64,000 bases of DNA from an uncultured Chroococcidiopsis sp. (GCA_964248365.1 CAXTYC010000011.1:69322-133321), one strand, 5' to 3'. Shown: positions 21,712 to 32,631, counted from the stretch's first letter. The notes: generated by a model not told the origin, from the letters alone. A program made the numbers and translations.

Positions 21712-22224
21712 TTATGTGGGCGATCGCTGCTCTTGGATCTTATTTTTATGTCGTTTCTTAAACAGCTTGGATAAAAAGCTTTTAAAGATATGTGGGAGGT
21801 GCGCGGGACTTGGTACAAAGACAATACCCAACTGTTGCATTAAACCTAGCGCATCGCCTTGCCCCCAATGCTCCACAATTTTGCCGTCCTCAACGCGATC
21901 AATGTGCATGATTGATAACTTGATTTGCTTACCTGTAGGGGGAAGACCTTGAAAGTCACCAAGATGTGTAGCTGTAAACGTTCCACAAGTGACAACTTTA
22001 TCGCCTTCAACAATCACTTCGTCAAATGTGTGTTGACCATTGGTAAAGGCTAAATAGAATGCCATGCCGAACTGCTTGAAATCATTACAGTCAAGGGGTT
22101 CAGATTCGCCAGCCATGTGAGCAACAAAATTAGTGGCAAGAAGTGCTAATGCTTGGTCAATATTCCGATTGTCGAAAGCTTTGTAGAACTGGAGAACGAT
22201 GGCTTTATTTTGTTCTGTTGACAT
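21712..22224 (-). CDS. SnoaL-like ester cyclase / NTF2-like protein
   Basis: MSTEQNKAIV, EGDKVV, THLGDFQGLPPTGK, DGKIVEHWGQGD.LGLMQQLG. Confidence 0.85.
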   Translation of the reverse strand: MSTEQNKAIVLQFYKAFDNRNIDQALALLATNFVAHMAGESEPLDCNDFKQFGMAFYLAFTNGQHTFDEVIVEGDKVVTCGTFTATHLGDFQGLPPTGKQIKLSIMHIDRVEDGKIVEHWGQGDALGLMQQLGIVFVPSPAHLPHIFKSFLSKLFKKRHKNKIQEQRSPT

Positions 22225-22718
22225 TCGATGCTTCTTTTTTAGCTAAGATTGTAACTTATCAACAGTGGTAGGAATTGAATGCGACGCGCCGATAACGCCT
22301 CATTAACAACTCACACAGAACAATAAGCACTAGCAGATAACCCTTAAAAATGCGCCCCACCAATAACCTAGCCGCATAACTCGTAATTAAATGGATTTTC
22401 GTATAGTAGTTTAATCAAAGGAAAAAAGATGGAATTTTTCGCTATATATCTCAGCAAAATATAGAATTTTTCTGTGTACTATCTAGCACAGTCCAAAAAG
22501 TTGAAATCCGTATATCATTTTATGGAACTACGTCGGAAGAAGCTGCTTGGCTCCTTGTGCAAAGCTATCTGATTCAAGTATCATTGCTCTGTTTTAGAAC
22601 CAGAAACGATAACTACGACGAGCGCAACGCTTACGCATCTCTTACCCTAGATCCTAAAGATGTAGAATATCAGGCTGAAGTTGCCGCTGGGGATGGAATG
22701 GATGCCGAAGGATTTTAA

Positions 22719-23291
22719 ATGGAAAAAGCAGAATTACGCCGAGTTCTGATCAAAACTCGCCTATCCATGACTCAAGAAGAATGGCAAGAAAAGAGCGATC
22801 GCATTTGTTTTCACCTCGAATCTTCACCCCTGTTTACCCAAGCCAAAACCATCCTGGCTTATTTCAGTTTTCGCTTTGAACCTAACCTTAATTCCCTATT
22901 TACCAACAACCATTACCGCTGGGGAGTACCTCGCTGTGTGGGGACTCACTTAATTTGGCATCTGTGGCAACTCGGTGATACTCTTCAAACTGGGGCTTAT
23001 GGGATTTTAGAACCCTTACCAAACGCCCCCACCTTGCAACCAGATGAGGTAGATTTAATTCTTGTGCCTGCTGTTGCCTGCGACTATCTTGGGTATCGCT
23101 TGGGTTATGGTGGCGGTTATTATGATCGCTTGCTCAGCTTACCCCAATGGGCATCAAAGCCTACTATAGGCATTGTATTTGACTTTGCCTACCTCCCCCA
23201 GTTGCCTACTAATTCCTGGGATATCCAAATGCATGGTGTATGTACACAAACAGGCTTGAGAGTTATTCGTAATTCAAGTATACTTTCCTAA
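22719..23291 (+). CDS. 5-formyltetrahydrofolate cyclo-ligase
   Basis: GAYGILEP, DLILVPAVACD..GYRLGYGGGYYDR. Confidence 0.93.
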   Translation: MEKAELRRVLIKTRLSMTQEEWQEKSDRICFHLESSPLFTQAKTILAYFSFRFEPNLNSLFTNNHYRWGVPRCVGTHLIWHLWQLGDTLQTGAYGILEPLPNAPTLQPDEVDLILVPAVACDYLGYRLGYGGGYYDRLLSLPQWASKPTIGIVFDFAYLPQLPTNSWDIQMHGVCTQTGLRVIRNSSILS

Positions 23292-23593
23292 ATTCTTATT
23301 ACGGGAATAATTACTACTATTTTGTTGCTCTGCCTTTTATGAGTTAAAACTTTTAGTTACTGCTTCTTAAACTTTTGGAACCCGCGCAGAGGACTATTGT
23401 CCTCTGCGCTCCAACTAACTTACTTTTACAAGCATTTAGTTAGACAAATACAATTACTATAGTATGGGTAAATAATGAATAAGTCAAGTCTTTTTTTCAA
23501 AACAAATAAAGTTTTTCTAAAAAAGATTGAAGTGGGTATTTAATGAGCGAGTGTTAAGGTATTTTGAGTTATTTGAAAGTTTAGATTTTCAAG

Positions 23594-24451
23594 ATGAGAG
23601 GAGAAATGATTAATTATAAACAGGGAATTGGGGTGCGGTGGAGAAATGTTTGGATGTATGGCTTGTTGGGAGTAGTGGCAATAGTAATGCTATTTCCTCT
23701 ACTTTGGCTGCTAAGTACCGCCTTTAAATCTCCTACTGAAGATATATTCCAATTTCCTCCCCAGCTATTACCCAGCCAACCGACATTTAATAATTTTGTG
23801 CGAGTTTGGCAAACCAATCCGTTTGGGCGTTATCTATTTAACAGTACGCTAATCGCCGTAATAACTGTTGGTTTAAATCTACTATTTTGTGCTTTAGCGG
23901 CTTACCCACTAGCACGGCTAGAGTTTCGGGGAAGAGAAATCATTTTCACGGCAATTGTCACCACAATTATGATTCCGTTTCAAATTGTGATGATTCCGCT
24001 GTATATTTTGACAGTGCAACTGGGGATGAAAAATAGTTATTTGGGAATTATATTTCCAGCGATCGCCTCAGCTTTTGGTATATTTTTATTACGACAAGCA
24101 TTTCAAGGCGTTCCCAAAGAACTAGAAGAAGCTGCCAGAATTGATGGTTGTTCTGAATTGGGTATATGGTGGAACGTGATGATACCAGCAATTCGCCCAG
24201 CCCTCGTTACCTTAGCCATTTTTGTCTTTATCGGTTCGTGGAGTGATTTTCTTTGGCCTTTAATTGTGATTGACAGACCAGAATTTTACACTCTACCTTT
24301 AGGTGTGGCAATGTTAGCTGGTACATTCTCGCTTGACTGGCGATTGATTGCAGCTGGATCGGTAATTTCCATCGCACCAATTTTAGTGTTATTCCTATTT
24401 CTCCAACGTTACATAGTACCAACTGATGCGGGAAGTGGGGTGAAAGGTTGA
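23594..24451 (+). CDS. Carbohydrate ABC transporter permease (MalG/LacG type)
   Basis: Six TM segments; EAA loop PKELEEAARIDGCS; WSDFLWPL. Confidence 0.92.
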   Translation: MRGEMINYKQGIGVRWRNVWMYGLLGVVAIVMLFPLLWLLSTAFKSPTEDIFQFPPQLLPSQPTFNNFVRVWQTNPFGRYLFNSTLIAVITVGLNLLFCALAAYPLARLEFRGREIIFTAIVTTIMIPFQIVMIPLYILTVQLGMKNSYLGIIFPAIASAFGIFLLRQAFQGVPKELEEAARIDGCSELGIWWNVMIPAIRPALVTLAIFVFIGSWSDFLWPLIVIDRPEFYTLPLGVAMLAGTFSLDWRLIAAGSVISIAPILVLFLFLQRYIVPTDAGSGVKG

Positions 24452-24529
24452 AGTATGAAGTATGAAGTTTGAAGGGTGAAGGGTGAAGATTTAAATTTCA
24501 GCCTTTATCCTTTATCATGCCCGCCTTTT

Positions 24530-26980
24530 TTAGCCTAAGCGCCCTGGTTTAGGATAAGCAATGCGCTTATGGTGGAATTGTTGCCAAACTTCGACAAAAA
24601 TATTGGCAATGGAATCGATTTGTTCCCGTGTCAAACCTGAATCTACTAACTGATTTTCTTGCCAACGCGATCGCAAAATTTTATTTACCATAGCTAACGC
24701 TTCTTCACGGCTAGGTTCCTTAGACGTTGGCTTTCCTCCTGCTTGCAGTGTCCGCAGCGCTGCTTCACACGAATCGGCTAACATAACAATCGCAGTTTCG
24801 CGTGATTGGGGTATGGGTCCATCGTAACTAAAATCTGACTTTTGCACTACAATACTGGGATCTTGCTGCGCGATCGCCTGTGCCTGATGATAAAAATAGA
24901 CAATCTGCATTGTTCCCTGATGTTCGGGGATAAACGCCCGAATAGCTGTCGGTAGGCGATACTTGTGCGCCATTACCAACCCTTGTGTAACGTGCTTTTT
25001 GATGATGTCGGCACTTTGCCAGGGATCATTAATTTGATCGTGCTTGTTTACACCTCCCATTTGATTTTCAATAAAAGCTAAAGGATCGTGCAGCTTACCG
25101 ATATCGTGATACAAAGTACCAGTACGCACTAGTTCGACATTACACCCTAGTTCTTTAGCGGCGGCTTCTGCTAGAGTGGCAACAAACAGGGTGTGCTGAA
25201 AGGTTCCTGGGGCTTGAGTTGCGAGTCGTTTTAACAGCGGACGATTAGGGTTGGCTAATTCTGCTAGACGAATTGGGGTGACTAAATCGAATAAATTTTC
25301 CAGATAAGGACTTAGCCCCAACGCTACAATACTCCATGCCAATCCTGAAAGACTGATAAAGGTAGCTCGAACTACAAAAAAATACCAACTCAACCCAAAT
25401 GTGGCACTTAGAATGATACCACCCACTAGACAAAGCAATCCTTCGGTTAAGCCAACAGTTACACCAAGTAGGGAAAGTTCTTCACGCGATCGCATCCTTC
25501 CTGCCATGAAGCTAGCAAGCATTCCCCCCACTGCACTGGTTAATAGATGCTTCCAGCCGACATCCACACCAATAGGTAGCAGCAGTGATAGCATTCCCAC
25601 TACCGCCCCAGCCAAAGGAAAACCGTAGAAGTTACCCAATAACAAACCAACTGCTGGTAGGTTGGTATAAGGCACACCCAATTCTATAAGTAGTGGTGTG
25701 CTGAGAGTCAATAGCAATATTAGTAAGCGATCGCCTTGCCTGAGTTTGGGTGTAAAGCGTCTTGCTGTAAGATCAAAAATGCTCACAGCCCCAGTCACCA
25801 TTATGCCCAACCCAAACAAGCCCCACCAATTAATTCGCCGACGACTTAAACCAAAATGATCGAGTAGTACAAAGTCGGTTTGACTGATACGTTCCCCTCC
25901 AAGGACAATTACTTCACCTTTTTTCACCCTTACGAATACTGGTTGTACCGCCGCCGCCGCTTGTTCTGACTGGCGTTCGGTTTGTGCCTCATCTACCTTC
26001 AAATTCGGTTTGAGGACAGTTAATAAAATATGGGTTGCTAAGGCAACGCTAGCTGGGGGTACGTGCGATCGCACTTGCAAATTCACAGCTTCTTGTAAAA
26101 TCTGAGACGGCAAACCAGGCGCGATACCTTGGGCGAGAATAAGTTCAGCACTGGTGCGAATTCCTGTTTGTGTTTTCTCCCAATCTGTATTTGATAAATT
26201 TAATAAGGAAGATTTGTAAACAGTGGTCAATGTTGCTGTTTCAAGTTGAGAAAGAGTTAAGGCGTGGGCGTATCGCTGACGGAATTGAGAAATAGTATCG
26301 ATCAGGGTAGAAAATTTTTGCCCAGTTGCCTTGAAGCGGTATGCTGACAGTTGAGTTACGGCAGCTGCGATCGCATCATTATTGATCGACTGGGGACTGC
26401 TTGAGGCTGTATTCTTGGCTTGAAAGGGGCTTTTATTATCATTTACTCTGGCTAATACTTGCTGCCATTCCCAGTCTGAACAGCTACGTAGATAAACTTG
26501 GGTGGAAGTAGACAAGATTGAAGTTTCAGCCCAGGGAAAATCGCCTGCAATTTGTCGAAGTTCATTGCCCTGAAGGAGAGATTTTTGCAGGAGTTGCCCA
26601 ATTTGACGATTAACTGCTAGATCGATCATCAGCACTGGCGTAGTGACTTTCCGGGCGGTTTGACGATTTGCAAGTGTAGCTTTGGTATCCTCAACTCGCG
26701 CCGCCCTGGGTGCTTTGATTGTCTCTGGTGCAGTTGTATTTACATTTAGCTGAGGCTGGTTGTAGAAACGATGCCCCAGTACTCCTGTTAGCGACACTAC
26801 AGCCATGACACAAATGACACAGGAACGTTCTATTTGCATCGGGCGTGTTTTTAACAAAACCTTATGCTTACAAGAGTGCAATTTAGTAGCAATCTTTTGC
26901 TCGTTTTGATCTAATTGCTGGTGGGGCAACCATTTTTTCAACTGCACAGTTAGGGATTTAAATAACGTTAGCATCATCAA
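24530..26980 (-). CDS. 7TM-HD (HDIG) phosphohydrolase, PgpH-like
   Basis: Large extracytoplasmic domain, TM bundle, APGTFQHT, LYHDIGK, FIENQ, EHQGT, VMLADSCEAA. Confidence 0.9.
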   Translation of the reverse strand: MMMLTLFKSLTVQLKKWLPHQQLDQNEQKIATKLHSCKHKVLLKTRPMQIERSCVICVMAVVSLTGVLGHRFYNQPQLNVNTTAPETIKAPRAARVEDTKATLANRQTARKVTTPVLMIDLAVNRQIGQLLQKSLLQGNELRQIAGDFPWAETSILSTSTQVYLRSCSDWEWQQVLARVNDNKSPFQAKNTASSSPQSINNDAIAAAVTQLSAYRFKATGQKFSTLIDTISQFRQRYAHALTLSQLETATLTTVYKSSLLNLSNTDWEKTQTGIRTSAELILAQGIAPGLPSQILQEAVNLQVRSHVPPASVALATHILLTVLKPNLKVDEAQTERQSEQAAAAVQPVFVRVKKGEVIVLGGERISQTDFVLLDHFGLSRRRINWWGLFGLGIMVTGAVSIFDLTARRFTPKLRQGDRLLILLLTLSTPLLIELGVPYTNLPAVGLLLGNFYGFPLAGAVVGMLSLLLPIGVDVGWKHLLTSAVGGMLASFMAGRMRSREELSLLGVTVGLTEGLLCLVGGIILSATFGLSWYFFVVRATFISLSGLAWSIVALGLSPYLENLFDLVTPIRLAELANPNRPLLKRLATQAPGTFQHTLFVATLAEAAAKELGCNVELVRTGTLYHDIGKLHDPLAFIENQMGGVNKHDQINDPWQSADIIKKHVTQGLVMAHKYRLPTAIRAFIPEHQGTMQIVYFYHQAQAIAQQDPSIVVQKSDFSYDGPIPQSRETAIVMLADSCEAALRTLQAGGKPTSKEPSREEALAMVNKILRSRWQENQLVDSGLTREQIDSIANIFVEVWQQFHHKRIAYPKPGRLG

Positions 26981-27182
26981 TGCTCACACTTAAGAAGGAG
27001 CAAAAAATCAGATTACTTGCAGTTTGATAATGTTTAATTTGCCCCACCACAACGACTATATAATGCCCATAAATAAATCAACTACAGAAATTTACAATCT
27101 GTTAGCCAGACAAGTTGATATTTAGCGGTTTTGCGTATTTAATCCTTTAGTTAGATCCTATTGGTGAGAAGCACTGATGGAA

Positions 27183-28142
27183 TCACCGCGATCTGATAAC
27201 GAGGGGGGCGGCGATCGCAGCTACCTTCGTCAGATCATTTGGTTGATTCGGCTGCGAATACACTCCAGACCACACTGCAAAGAGTTCATCACACAATCTT
27301 AGCATCTCTTTTTGAGTTGTCATGCTACCATCTGACATCAGATCGGAATCTGGGGATAGCACTTGCCGTAGTGTAGCTGGAATGCCAGCCATTGCGTTAT
27401 ACGCTCCTGATAAAGCTCCAGTTATGGCACAAGTAAATTGCGGTTGAGAGCTTTTTTGTCTTACCCGCCCAACACACAGACGAAAATCTTCTACAGTACT
27501 CAACCAGCAGTAAAATGCTAAAGCCAACGAGCTACTAGGATGATGTTGCTTCAAAGTAGTTGCAACTGTTTCTATTCCTGCATTCTGCTCTAACAATATC
27601 TTGACTTGGGATAGTTTTTTTGATATAACCCTTTCTTCACCGACAAAGCTGATAGTCTGAGAGATTAATTCAGGAGCGTGAAAAGAAGGTTGCAAACAAG
27701 AGGCGATCGCGTACCCAACTGCTAGAGCAATAGCCTGACTTTCTGGATCATCTTGCCCAACTGATGCTAAGGCAAGTTCTATACTACTGCGAAGTTTAAT
27801 TTCATTTTCATGGAAAAAAAGAGCAAGAGGTAGGATTGCAATAATTGAATGTAATAGATTGAAGCTTAAATCCTTACCTACACAATGATGCCAATCTTCT
27901 AAATCAAATCTACCTTTTTGGATTAAGCTTTTCATCCCTGCCACTGCCAAATTAATAATTTGAGCATCGGAGGGGCTAGAGTAACTTTGTAGTTCTAGAC
28001 TTTGATTTACAGTCGTTTGGTGTGTTTTTGGCGTAGCATTTAAAGAGGATAAATACTGCCTGCTGTCACATTTACCCAACGTCGCCCCAATTGCTAGTCC
28101 TAGTATAGTCCCGCGAAATCGACTATTAATTGAATAACGCAT
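27183..28142 (-). CDS. ADP-ribosylglycohydrolase family protein (divergent)
   Basis: RFRGTILGLAIGATLG N-terminus and AITGALSGAYN...GIP C-terminal motif; the usual acidic DD / DxD motifs are not evident. Confidence 0.75.
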   Translation of the reverse strand: MRYSINSRFRGTILGLAIGATLGKCDSRQYLSSLNATPKTHQTTVNQSLELQSYSSPSDAQIINLAVAGMKSLIQKGRFDLEDWHHCVGKDLSFNLLHSIIAILPLALFFHENEIKLRSSIELALASVGQDDPESQAIALAVGYAIASCLQPSFHAPELISQTISFVGEERVISKKLSQVKILLEQNAGIETVATTLKQHHPSSSLALAFYCWLSTVEDFRLCVGRVRQKSSQPQFTCAITGALSGAYNAMAGIPATLRQVLSPDSDLMSDGSMTTQKEMLRLCDELFAVWSGVYSQPNQPNDLTKVAAIAAPLVIRSR

Positions 28143-28301
28143 TAACTCTTTTACGGCGAAAATCAGTTACTAACAAGGTTATATGTAATTGGTAGTTGGT
28201 AGTTGGTTAAAGGGTAAAGGGTAAAGGAGTCAGTAGGCAGTAGTTCTCCCCCTCTCCCACTCTCCCCCTCTTTTCATCTCCCCCTCCTCTTACACTCGCC
28301 C

Positions 28302-28781
28302 CTAGCCCCTAGCCTCTAGTCCCTCTTTTTGTTTAAGATGATAAACTAATGCCTGTAATCCTAGTCGGTAACTGTCTGCCCCAAAGCCGCTTATTTGCCC
28401 GATCGCAAGGGGAGCAATGTAGGAATGATGGCGGAAAGCTTCCCGTTGATATATGTTACTCAGGTGTACTTCGACTGTGGGAATGTTGACGGCGGCGATC
28501 GCATCGCGCAGGGCGATACTTGTATGCGTGTAAGCACCTGCATTAATTAAAATTCCTTGATGCTCTCCTCTAGCAGCATGAATAGCATCTACCAAAACGC
28601 CTTCATGATTGGATTGTATAGCTGAAACTTTTGCTTGCAGCTTTTTAGCTTCAGCGGATATTAGGTTGTTAATTGCTGTCAATGTCACCGCACCATAAAT
28701 TCCTGGTTCCCGCTGTCCCAGCAAGTTCAAATTTGGTCCATGTATTACCAGGACACTTACCAATGATGATTCTTCAGACAC
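28302..28781 (-). CDS. aroQ: Type II 3-dehydroquinate dehydratase
   Basis: HGPNLNLLGQREPGIYG, QSNHEG, INAGAYTHTS, VEVHLSN, FRHHS. Confidence 0.96.
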   Translation of the reverse strand: MSEESSLVSVLVIHGPNLNLLGQREPGIYGAVTLTAINNLISAEAKKLQAKVSAIQSNHEGVLVDAIHAARGEHQGILINAGAYTHTSIALRDAIAAVNIPTVEVHLSNIYQREAFRHHSYIAPLAIGQISGFGADSYRLGLQALVYHLKQKEGLEARG

Positions 28782-28790
28782 GATCTTGAA

Positions 28791-28931
28791 TTAACGATGA
28801 CGGCGTGTTCTCTCGTCTACAGGAATCGGAATCGGTTCTGGTTCCGGCTGGGCTTCTGGTCCCAACAAGGCTTCGATTAGCTTACGCGCCCATTCCTTTA
28901 GCTTCTCTAGTACCTTCTCTATGTAATCCAT
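28791..28931 (-). CDS. Small hypothetical protein
   Basis: MDYIEKVLEKLKEWARKLIEALLGPEAQPEPEPIPIPV; AGGAG upstream; co-oriented with aroQ. Confidence 0.65.
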   Translation of the reverse strand: MDYIEKVLEKLKEWARKLIEALLGPEAQPEPEPIPIPVDERTRRHR

Positions 28932-29279
28932 TGAACCGATTACTCCTGCAAAACTATCTAAATTTTTGATGACAAATGAAAAAAGTATTTGCCCCAATTT
29001 GAGTAACCTACACAGTCTTTGGTTTTCTTAGGTTTTTTACCTAGGCTATGAGGTTTTATACTTAATTATATCCAGTTTGATACAGATTCTTAGAATAACA
29101 CGTTCAATCTTTAAAAAGTGACGTTGGTAGCGGTAGTTTGCTTCATATGAGTTTTACTGCCCAAAGGGAGTCAAATGGGTAAGAATGATAATTTATATTT
29201 GTATTTGTTAATTTTAACCTTATCACAATTAGAGACAGTAAATTCATCCTACTAAAGATAGGGAGTAGGGGCGCGCCCC

Positions 29280-30557
29280 TCACCCCTGATCAATAATTCG
29301 TCGTCGCAGATGATCGAGAGCTGTACAGGCGCTAACGTGGCGGATCAAAGCTCGGTCTCGTGTTTTGCCGAAATGATGTTCAAAACTTTGCACTTGACTG
29401 TTGGGCGCTGCTAAACCGATATATACCAAGCCCACTGGTTTGGTAGGGGTTCCGCCATCTGGACCTGCAATACCAGTGATACTAAGACCCCAGTCTGTGG
29501 AAAGGAGCGATCGCACTCCAGATGCCATTTGCTCTGCTACAGTAGCACTGACTGCACCGAGAACAGTTAAATCTTGCTCGTCAACTTTGAGCAGTGAGAT
29601 TTTTACCGAGTTGTCATAAGAAATTACCCCGCCCCAAAAGTATTTAGATGCTCCTGCTACGTTGGTGAGCATTTGCCCCAAACCGCCGCCTGTGCAGGAT
29701 TCTGCTATACTTAAGGTTTGACCTGCGCTCAGCAATAGCCGCCCCACTACAGAGGCTAAAGTATCATCATCTGCGCCGTAATAGTTACTTCCCCCAATTT
29801 GTTGGAGTTGTTGCTCTACGGGTGAAATCAATTCCCGTGCTGCTGCATCTGTTCGTGCTTTAGCTGAGATTCGTAACTTTACTTCTCCTTTACTAGCATA
29901 AGGAGCAACCGTTGGGTTGGGTAAGTTGAGATAATCTGACACTTTTTCAGCTAAAGCAGATTCGGCAATTCCCCAAAACTTTAAAGTCCGGCTATAAATG
30001 ATTTCTTTGCCAAAGCCAAGGCTTTTTAAATAAGGTACGGCTGTTTCTTGCCACATCCGGTGCATTTCAGATGGCACACCTGGAAAGGTTATAATTACCA
30101 AACTTGTTTGGGGTTGCCATATTATACCAGGTGCTGTGCCAGCTTCGTTGGGTAAAACGGATGCTCCAACGGGAATCAACGCTTGCTTGCGGTTGCTAGG
30201 TGTCATTTCCCGACCGCGCTGGGCATATTTACGGGCAATGTCTTCGACAATTTCGGGTCGTTCTACCAGCGAAACGCCAAAAAAATCAGCAATGGTTTCG
30301 TGTGTCAGATCGTCGGGTGTGGGACCTAAACCCCCAGTAAAGATGAGTACTTGTGTAGAGTTCTCCCCAGAAGGCTCGTTGCGCTCGATCGCAATTTTAA
30401 TCGCTTGCGCGAGCCGCGACGGATTATCCCCTACTACCGTTTGATAGTAATGTGGAATACCCAAACTAGCCAGTTGCTGGGCTAAGTATTGGGCATTTGT
30501 ATTGAGGATATCGCCCAGAAGTAATTCAGTTCCAACGCAAATAATTTCAGCACTCAT
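29280..30557 (-). CDS. cinA: Competence/damage-inducible protein A (MoCF-binding domain plus NMN deamidase)
   Basis: VGTELLLG, TGGLGPTPDDLT, PGVPSEM, AESCTGG, SITGIAGP.GG...KPVGLV. Confidence 0.94.
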   Translation of the reverse strand: MSAEIICVGTELLLGDILNTNAQYLAQQLASLGIPHYYQTVVGDNPSRLAQAIKIAIERNEPSGENSTQVLIFTGGLGPTPDDLTHETIADFFGVSLVERPEIVEDIARKYAQRGREMTPSNRKQALIPVGASVLPNEAGTAPGIIWQPQTSLVIITFPGVPSEMHRMWQETAVPYLKSLGFGKEIIYSRTLKFWGIAESALAEKVSDYLNLPNPTVAPYASKGEVKLRISAKARTDAAARELISPVEQQLQQIGGSNYYGADDDTLASVVGRLLLSAGQTLSIAESCTGGGLGQMLTNVAGASKYFWGGVISYDNSVKISLLKVDEQDLTVLGAVSATVAEQMASGVRSLLSTDWGLSITGIAGPDGGTPTKPVGLVYIGLAAPNSQVQSFEHHFGKTRDRALIRHVSACTALDHLRRRIIDQG

Positions 30558-30701
30558 GTTTAAGAGAGGGGGCAGGGGGCTAGGGGCTAGGGGCTAGGGT
30601 AAGAGGAAAAGAGGTAACAGTTGAAGGCAGCAAGGCAGCAAGGATAAAATTTTACACTTCATGCTTCCCTAGTCCCTAATCCCTAGCCTCTAGTCCCTAG
30701 T

Positions 30702-31985
30702 TCAAGCTAGGGCTGGTACGGGAATTGTTAGATGAGGGTAGAGTGGGAAGTGATCGCACAAAGAAGCTACCCGTCGCCGACAATCTTGCGCGACTGTCTC
30801 ATCTTGGGGGTTGAGCAAGCGATCGGCAATAATGTTGGCTATTTCTGTAAACTCGGTTGTTCCCATTCCCCGCGTAGTCATTGCTGGCGAACCTAAACGC
30901 AAACCACTGGTAACAAATGGTGATTCTGGATCGAAGGGAACAGTATTTTTATTAGCAGTAATATTCACTTTGCTAACTAGCTGATCGGCAAGCTTACCTG
31001 TCATACCGATACAGCGCAGGTCAACCAACATTAAATGATTGTCTGTGCCGTTGGAAACGAGCTTAAAGCCTCTTTTTTGCAATTGATTTGCTAAAGCATT
31101 GGCATTTTCAACCACTCCTGCCGAATAAACTTTAAATTCTGGCTTTAAAGCTTCACCAAAAGCTACTGCTTTGGCTGCGATCGCGTGTTCGAGTGGTCCT
31201 CCTTGAGAACCTGGGAAAACCGACTTATCCAGCTTCTTACCCAATTCGGCATCACGGGTGAGAATTAATCCTCCTCTGGGTCCACGCAAGGTTTTGTGAG
31301 TTGTGGTAGTCACTACGTCACAATAGGGAATAGGGCTAGGGTGAATACCAGTAGCGACTAATCCAGCAATGTGGGCAATGTCAGCTAACAGATATGCCCC
31401 AATTTCATCGGCTATACTTCTGAATTTTGCAAAGTCAATGACGCGGGGATAGGCAGAATAACCGCAAATCAGCAGCTTCGGACGGTGTTGCCGTGCCAAT
31501 TCCCGAATAGAGTCGTAGTCTAGCTGTTCTGTTTCTGGATTAACGCCGTAGTGGCAAACCTTGAACCATTTTCCAGAAACGTTGACTGGTGAACCGTGAG
31601 TCAGGTGTCCGCCATGAGACAGATCCATGCCCATTATTGTATCTCCAGGCTCTAACAGCGTCAGGAAGACGGCAAAGTTTGCCTGAGCGCCTGCATGGGG
31701 TTGCACGTTGGCATGGGCAGCACCAAAGAGTTGTTTGGCGCGGTCGATAGCAACTTGCTCAATTTTGTCTATGTACTCACAACCGCCGTAGTAACGCTTA
31801 CCAGGTAAGCCTTCGGCATATTTATTAGTTAGGACTGAGCCTTGGGCGGCTAGGACAGCAGCAGATGTAAAGTTTTCACTAGCAATTAACTCTAGGTGAT
31901 CGCGTTGGCGCTGAAGTTCGGAGTTAATTAAATTCGCCACGACCGGATCAGAGGAAGCAAGCAAATCTAAGTTAGTCAGGGACAC
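30702..31985 (-). CDS. glyA: Serine hydroxymethyltransferase
   Basis: [47 protein letters not shown]; probable GTG start at 31985. Confidence 0.97.
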   Translation of the reverse strand: MSLTNLDLLASSDPVVANLINSELQRQRDHLELIASENFTSAAVLAAQGSVLTNKYAEGLPGKRYYGGCEYIDKIEQVAIDRAKQLFGAAHANVQPHAGAQANFAVFLTLLEPGDTIMGMDLSHGGHLTHGSPVNVSGKWFKVCHYGVNPETEQLDYDSIRELARQHRPKLLICGYSAYPRVIDFAKFRSIADEIGAYLLADIAHIAGLVATGIHPSPIPYCDVVTTTTHKTLRGPRGGLILTRDAELGKKLDKSVFPGSQGGPLEHAIAAKAVAFGEALKPEFKVYSAGVVENANALANQLQKRGFKLVSNGTDNHLMLVDLRCIGMTGKLADQLVSKVNITANKNTVPFDPESPFVTSGLRLGSPAMTTRGMGTTEFTEIANIIADRLLNPQDETVAQDCRRRVASLCDHFPLYPHLTIPVPALA

Positions 31986-32322
31986 TTTAGTTAACCTTGA
32001 AAAAATTGCGTCAAATGTTGGTTTGTGGAATGCGATCGCACAAAGCCCGTCGCATATACCCACTTTCATCGAAATGAATACCCAATCATAGATACTTTAA
32101 CTTAACCTGAAAGCTGGTTTTATGAATTGGTAATGGGTAGTTCGTGAAAGGGTAAAGGGTAAAGGGTAAAGGTAATTGTCCCCTTGTCCCCTCAGCTCCC
32201 CTTTGCCCCCCCTGCTCTCACGCGCGCCCCTGCTGTTAAACTGTGTATTACCTACAACCTTCTGTGTGAATACCTAGCATAAAATTGATTTAAGGGAATT
32301 GGGGTTGTGCTGGAGGGATTGG

Positions 32323-32520
32323 ATGTTAGTGATTTTAATGGAAGATCAAATCTTTGCTCTGGGGCAAGTTTGCTCTAGCTGTTTACTTGCCTCTAGTAGC
32401 GGTCAGCCTCGCTGGAATCAAGGTCAACTGCGCTGTGGTCACGCAATTCGTAAACTTAGCGCCAAGCAACCAGATCAGTATGAATGTTTGATGGGCTTTC
32501 GCATTGCCAATATTGAATAG
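32323..32520 (+). CDS. Small Cys-containing hypothetical protein
   Basis: VCSSCLLA..SGQPRW..GQLRCG...YECLMGFR; GGAGG upstream. Confidence 0.65.
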   Translation: MLVILMEDQIFALGQVCSSCLLASSSGQPRWNQGQLRCGHAIRKLSAKQPDQYECLMGFRIANIE

Positions 32521-32631
32521 TTCTGTCTGGCTACAGCCAATCCCCCATCTGCGCTATCCTGAGCTTAGTGGCGTAATTGATTTATGCGTCCCTTTCTTAA
32601 CGCTCAATAACTTGGCTAAGGAGAATAAATA

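Noticed and set aside
22224..22718. Possible 6S RNA upstream of 5-formyltetrahydrofolate cyclo-ligase
   Set aside because: That linkage is common in other phyla, but I see no long irregular hairpin here; the region is AT-rich with repeats.
22634..22718. Possible antitoxin gene stub (..LDPKDVEYQAEVAAGDGMDAEGF*)
   Set aside because: Resemblance is short and from memory only; there is no intact start or partner toxin.
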